This document shows positions 60,339 to 64,000 of a stretch of DNA of 64,000 bases, in pieces (within the stretch, counting starts at the first letter, position 1; every line of letters begins with the position of its first letter). This DNA comes from Mobula birostris (taxonomy: Eukaryota), in NCBI RefSeq assembly GCF_030028105.1, contig NC_092376.1, positions 178,846,080 to 178,910,079 on the forward strand, given 5' to 3'. The notes beneath the pieces are model-generated. The model searched no databases. It was not told the origin of the DNA and saw nothing but the letters and a program-made list of their open reading frames with translations. Both the position numbers and the translations under genes were made by a program.

Positions 60339-62723
60339 ATGGCGTGCGTATCGAGGTTAAGCTTCACTGCAATTGCTTCCATTTTCATCGTGTGTGCTCT
60401 GGATCGAATTTCAGGGCAAATTAGTTATTCTGTTCCTGAAGAAATGAAAGAAGGGTCATTTGTTGGGAATATCGCTCAGGATTTGGGATTAAGTGCACTG
60501 CAATTGTCAGCTCGCAAATTTCAGCTGAGCCCTGATGACGGAGGGCGGTACATGAAGGTTAGTTTCGATAATGGGGTTTTGTCTATTTTTGAAAGGATCG
60601 ACCGGGAACGTATTTGTGGGCAGACGGATATATGTACTATCCCATTCGAAATAATGTTAGAAAATCCCCTGGAAGTGCTTCACGGGGAACTGGTGATTCT
60701 TGATGTGAATGACAACTCACCCACTTTCCGGGAGAGCCGTATTGAATTCCAGATATCTGAAGCCATTTCACCTGGAGTACGATTCCGTCTCGAGAGCGCG
60801 GAAGACCCCGACATTGGAATAAATAATGTTGTCGACTACGCAATCAGTTCGAGTGAGTACTTCAGTCTAAAATCACGGAGAACCGATGAGGGTATTGTAA
60901 TAGCAGAGTTGCTGTTAGAGAAATCTTTGGATAGAGAATTACGGTCATCTTTTCAGCTGGTGCTTACGGCTACGGATGGCGGAATCCCTCAGAGATCGGG
61001 AACAGCCCAGATTCTCATTAATGTAGTCGATATCAATGATAATCCACCTGTATTCGAGAAAGATGTTTACAAATTCAGTATAAGTGAAAACGCACCGAAA
61101 AGCAGCTTGCTGATGAAAGTTAAAGCAAATGATTTGGACGAAGGGCTGAATGCTGATTTGACATATTCCTTCAGTGGACTTACTTTACAAAGGGTGCATG
61201 GTGTATTCAGTTTGGTCCCAGAAACTGGAGAGATTGTAATTGAGGGGCATTTAGATTTTGAAGAATCAAACAGTTATTCACTAGATATTCAAGCTGTTGA
61301 TCACGGGTCTCCTGCGATTACAGGACACACCAAAGTGTTGATTAAAGTCATTGATGTTAATGACAACGCACCCGAGATAAAAGTGAAATCACTCACGAAC
61401 CAAATTCCGGAAAATGCCCCGCCAGGAACTTTCATAACACTAATCAATGTTATCGATCGTGACTCTGGACAGAATGGTCAAGTTAACTGTGAGATACCAA
61501 GGGACCTCCCTTTCATGCTGCAAGTATCATCCACTAATTATAAGTTAATTGTAAGTGAAAAGTTGGACCGTGAAACGGTGTCGGAGTATACAATAAACGT
61601 TTCAGCCTGGGATTTTGGGTCACCTTCCCTGTCAACAAATAAAACGATCTATATTACAGTAACTGATATAAATGATAATGCCCCACGCTTTGCTGAACTT
61701 GCTTACAACGTATATGTGGCCGAAAATAATGCTCCTGGCGCTTCTATTTTCACAGTGACAGCGTCCGATACTGATCTGGAGCAGAATTCATATGTATCTT
61801 ACTCCATACTGGACAATCATATCCAAAACTTGCCAGTGTCAACATACATCAACATTAACTACATGAACGGCACCATTTACGCCTTGCGCTCTTTTGACTA
61901 TGAGGAACTAAAAAGTTTTAAGATCCATGTGCAAGCCCGTGACGCTGGAGTGCCCCCACTAAGCAGCAGGGCTACGGTGCATGTGATCATCCTGGATCAA
62001 AATGACAACGCTCCGGTAATCGTTTCACCCTCAGAACAGAGTGGATCAGCAGCCTTGGAAATTCTGCCCCAATCAGCAGGTCAGGGGTACTTGGTCACCA
62101 ATATAATGGCCACTGATGTAGACTCTGGTCAGAACGCGCGTCTCTTTTACCATATGGTGAAAGCTACTGATCCCAGTTTATTTATCATAGGTCAGACGTC
62201 TGGTGAAATCAGAACACAACGCAAAATCGTGCAGGCTGATCTCACCACACAAACTTTGGTTATCTTGGTGAAAGATAATGGGCAGCCAAGCCTATCCAGC
62301 ACGGTTACTATTCACATTACAATTTTGCAGAATACATCCGAAACTCTCACCAAAAACAGTAATTTAGTGAATAATCCCGAATACTTATCTGACATTAATC
62401 TTTATTTATTGGTTATTTTCAGTTGCACTTCTATTGTCTTTCTTCTGATTATCATCGTGCTCATTGGGATCAAGTGTAAACAGGACAGAAATAAACCCCA
62501 AGAGTATACTTCGCCCAGTTATTGTTACGAACGTGAAAATATGCAGGACACATTTAATAGAAGATCTGCATTGGAGGAAACGTTACGTTATCCTGGCACT
62601 GACCAGGTAGGACGTGTCCCAGGGCTGCCACAGTACTCGGTTTGTCTGTCTCCAGAATCAGCGAAAAGCGACTTCCTTTTCTTGAAGCCGTGCGGCCCCG
62701 CCATCTTTCAGGCGCAATCCTAA
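60339..62723 (+). CDS. Clustered protocadherin (gene 3), 794 aa, single ORF
   Basis: Signal peptide, QISYSVPEE, IDRERIC-x5-C, 6 EC repeats, TM, YSVCLSPESAKSDFLFLKP tail. Confidence 0.97.
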   Translation: MACVSRLSFTAIASIFIVCALDRISGQISYSVPEEMKEGSFVGNIAQDLGLSALQLSARKFQLSPDDGGRYMKVSFDNGVLSIFERIDRERICGQTDICTIPFEIMLENPLEVLHGELVILDVNDNSPTFRESRIEFQISEAISPGVRFRLESAEDPDIGINNVVDYAISSSEYFSLKSRRTDEGIVIAELLLEKSLDRELRSSFQLVLTATDGGIPQRSGTAQILINVVDINDNPPVFEKDVYKFSISENAPKSSLLMKVKANDLDEGLNADLTYSFSGLTLQRVHGVFSLVPETGEIVIEGHLDFEESNSYSLDIQAVDHGSPAITGHTKVLIKVIDVNDNAPEIKVKSLTNQIPENAPPGTFITLINVIDRDSGQNGQVNCEIPRDLPFMLQVSSTNYKLIVSEKLDRETVSEYTINVSAWDFGSPSLSTNKTIYITVTDINDNAPRFAELAYNVYVAENNAPGASIFTVTASDTDLEQNSYVSYSILDNHIQNLPVSTYININYMNGTIYALRSFDYEELKSFKIHVQARDAGVPPLSSRATVHVIILDQNDNAPVIVSPSEQSGSAALEILPQSAGQGYLVTNIMATDVDSGQNARLFYHMVKATDPSLFIIGQTSGEIRTQRKIVQADLTTQTLVILVKDNGQPSLSSTVTIHITILQNTSETLTKNSNLVNNPEYLSDINLYLLVIFSCTSIVFLLIIIVLIGIKCKQDRNKPQEYTSPSYCYERENMQDTFNRRSALEETLRYPGTDQVGRVPGLPQYSVCLSPESAKSDFLFLKPCGPAIFQAQS

Positions 62724-63131
62724 ATTACAGGAATGCGTAACATCAACGTTTACCAAACTTATATACGTTTATTTCTGTTTTTGTTCTGGGGTATGGTTTC
62801 TGGTGTAAAGTATTTCAGAAAGTTATTTCCTCTTTTTCTGTAATTATTTGGATTTCTGTTGAAAAGAAGTAGAATTATTACAACGGTCAAAAATAAAATG
62901 TCGAGTAACCAGAATCAAGCCATCTACGAGTGGCCTCTGTTAACCCTGAAGAGAATCTTATGAACTGTCATCGAACCTGTATAAATAGGTTCATATGGAA
63001 TAAGTTTCTTAAAAAAGGATAATCGTTTTGGGATTCGTATGTATACTTGCTGTGCTGATATATGAAAATTGAGATAAAATGCATTGGCGCCTTGAAATGT
63101 ATTACAGATTGTGATCACGCTCAATTAACAG

Positions 63132-63137
63132 AATAAA
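63132..63137 (+). terminator. Putative poly(A) signal of gene 3
   Basis: AATAAA ~409 bp after the stop, at the position homologous to 38087. Confidence 0.5.
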
Positions 63138-64000
63138 AAAAAAGAAGTAAAAATGCAGATGTGGGCTCTCAGATGAAACAGTATGCAGTAATTCAGGCAC
63201 TCAGTATTTCACTCTGCACCTGTGGAAAAGGAAATAGTTTTCTTCGTTTGACATCCAATACTGTTTGTCAGAACAGGTAAAAAGAATAAACAATTTTGTG
63301 CTGAAATTACAGAGCAGGCAATTCAGGGATGGATGGAACGAAGGGATATTACTGGTATGGTCATTTCATGGGAGGAATCGGAACAAGATGCTGATTTTCT
63401 TTCTGTCCGTATAACGTACTGCTAATAACAGGGATCTAGGTTACGACAAGTCGTCACGAAGTAGTTAGTTCTTAATCTACTCTCATCCCTTCTCCTCCAA
63501 GAAAGATGAAGAAGTCTCGAAGCTTCCACTTCCCCGTTTTCAGAGTGAATGTAATTTACGGTGCTGGCTTCAAGATTTCGTTCCCCAAAGCTTTTTTTTT
63601 TGTCCTTCAAAACTGCTCTCCTTCATGACTTCCTGTTTGTACTGATGTATCCAAGAGCAACTCCACATCTTTACACGTTCACAAGAACAGCAGGAGATGC
63701 AAAGCAGGCTCTTTTTAACCCCTAGTCTGCCACCGTGCAATGATCTGTCTTCTCAGGAAGAAGTGACTGGCATGCCACACTTCCAACCTAATCCAAAAAC
63801 TTGTCTTAAATTGAATAAATTCCTGTAGCCCGAGCCAGCGTTTCCTGCGATATTGCTGAAACTGGTTTGGGGTATGCGGGGTCTGCAATTGCCTGACGGC
63901 ATCTTTCCTTCCTTTTTTTTTGTTACTCCGTGTATGGTACCAGAATGTGCTTAATGTTATACATATATTTAATGTCGGTTTCAAAAGCAAGTCGGGGATC

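Overview
Vertebrate genomic DNA, most likely from a cartilaginous fish (ray or shark; inferred from the repeat families, not proven). The window is part of a clustered protocadherin array on the + strand. It holds three intact single-ORF genes (12759-15143, 35306-37693, 60339-62723), each with a signal peptide, 6 cadherin repeats, a TM helix and a short tail. Each gene is preceded by a near-identical 48-bp promoter block containing the CGCT conserved sequence element. Two pseudogene halves are also present: a 3' half at ~43631-44787 and a promoter plus 5' half at ~56400-57750. Most of the remaining sequence is decayed transposons: many nested CR1 LINEs, Rex1/Babar LINEs, a truncated tRNA-Trp-primed Gypsy element, a 2-kb solo LTR filled with minisatellites, a palindromic mariner-derived MITE, a hAT-like mini-MITE, an R4/Dong-like fragment, and Penelope remnants including a minimal hammerhead ribozyme motif. 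Main observations: (1) the protocadherins appear to end without constant exons (conserved stop and conserved AATAAA). (2) The 3' flank of gene 1, including its poly(A) signals, has been inverted between two oppositely oriented CR1 copies, with swapped target-site duplications. (3) The two pseudogene halves are nearly complementary but in permuted order. (4) Paralog similarity is patchy, suggesting gene conversion. Transposon boundaries are approximate unless a TSD is given.
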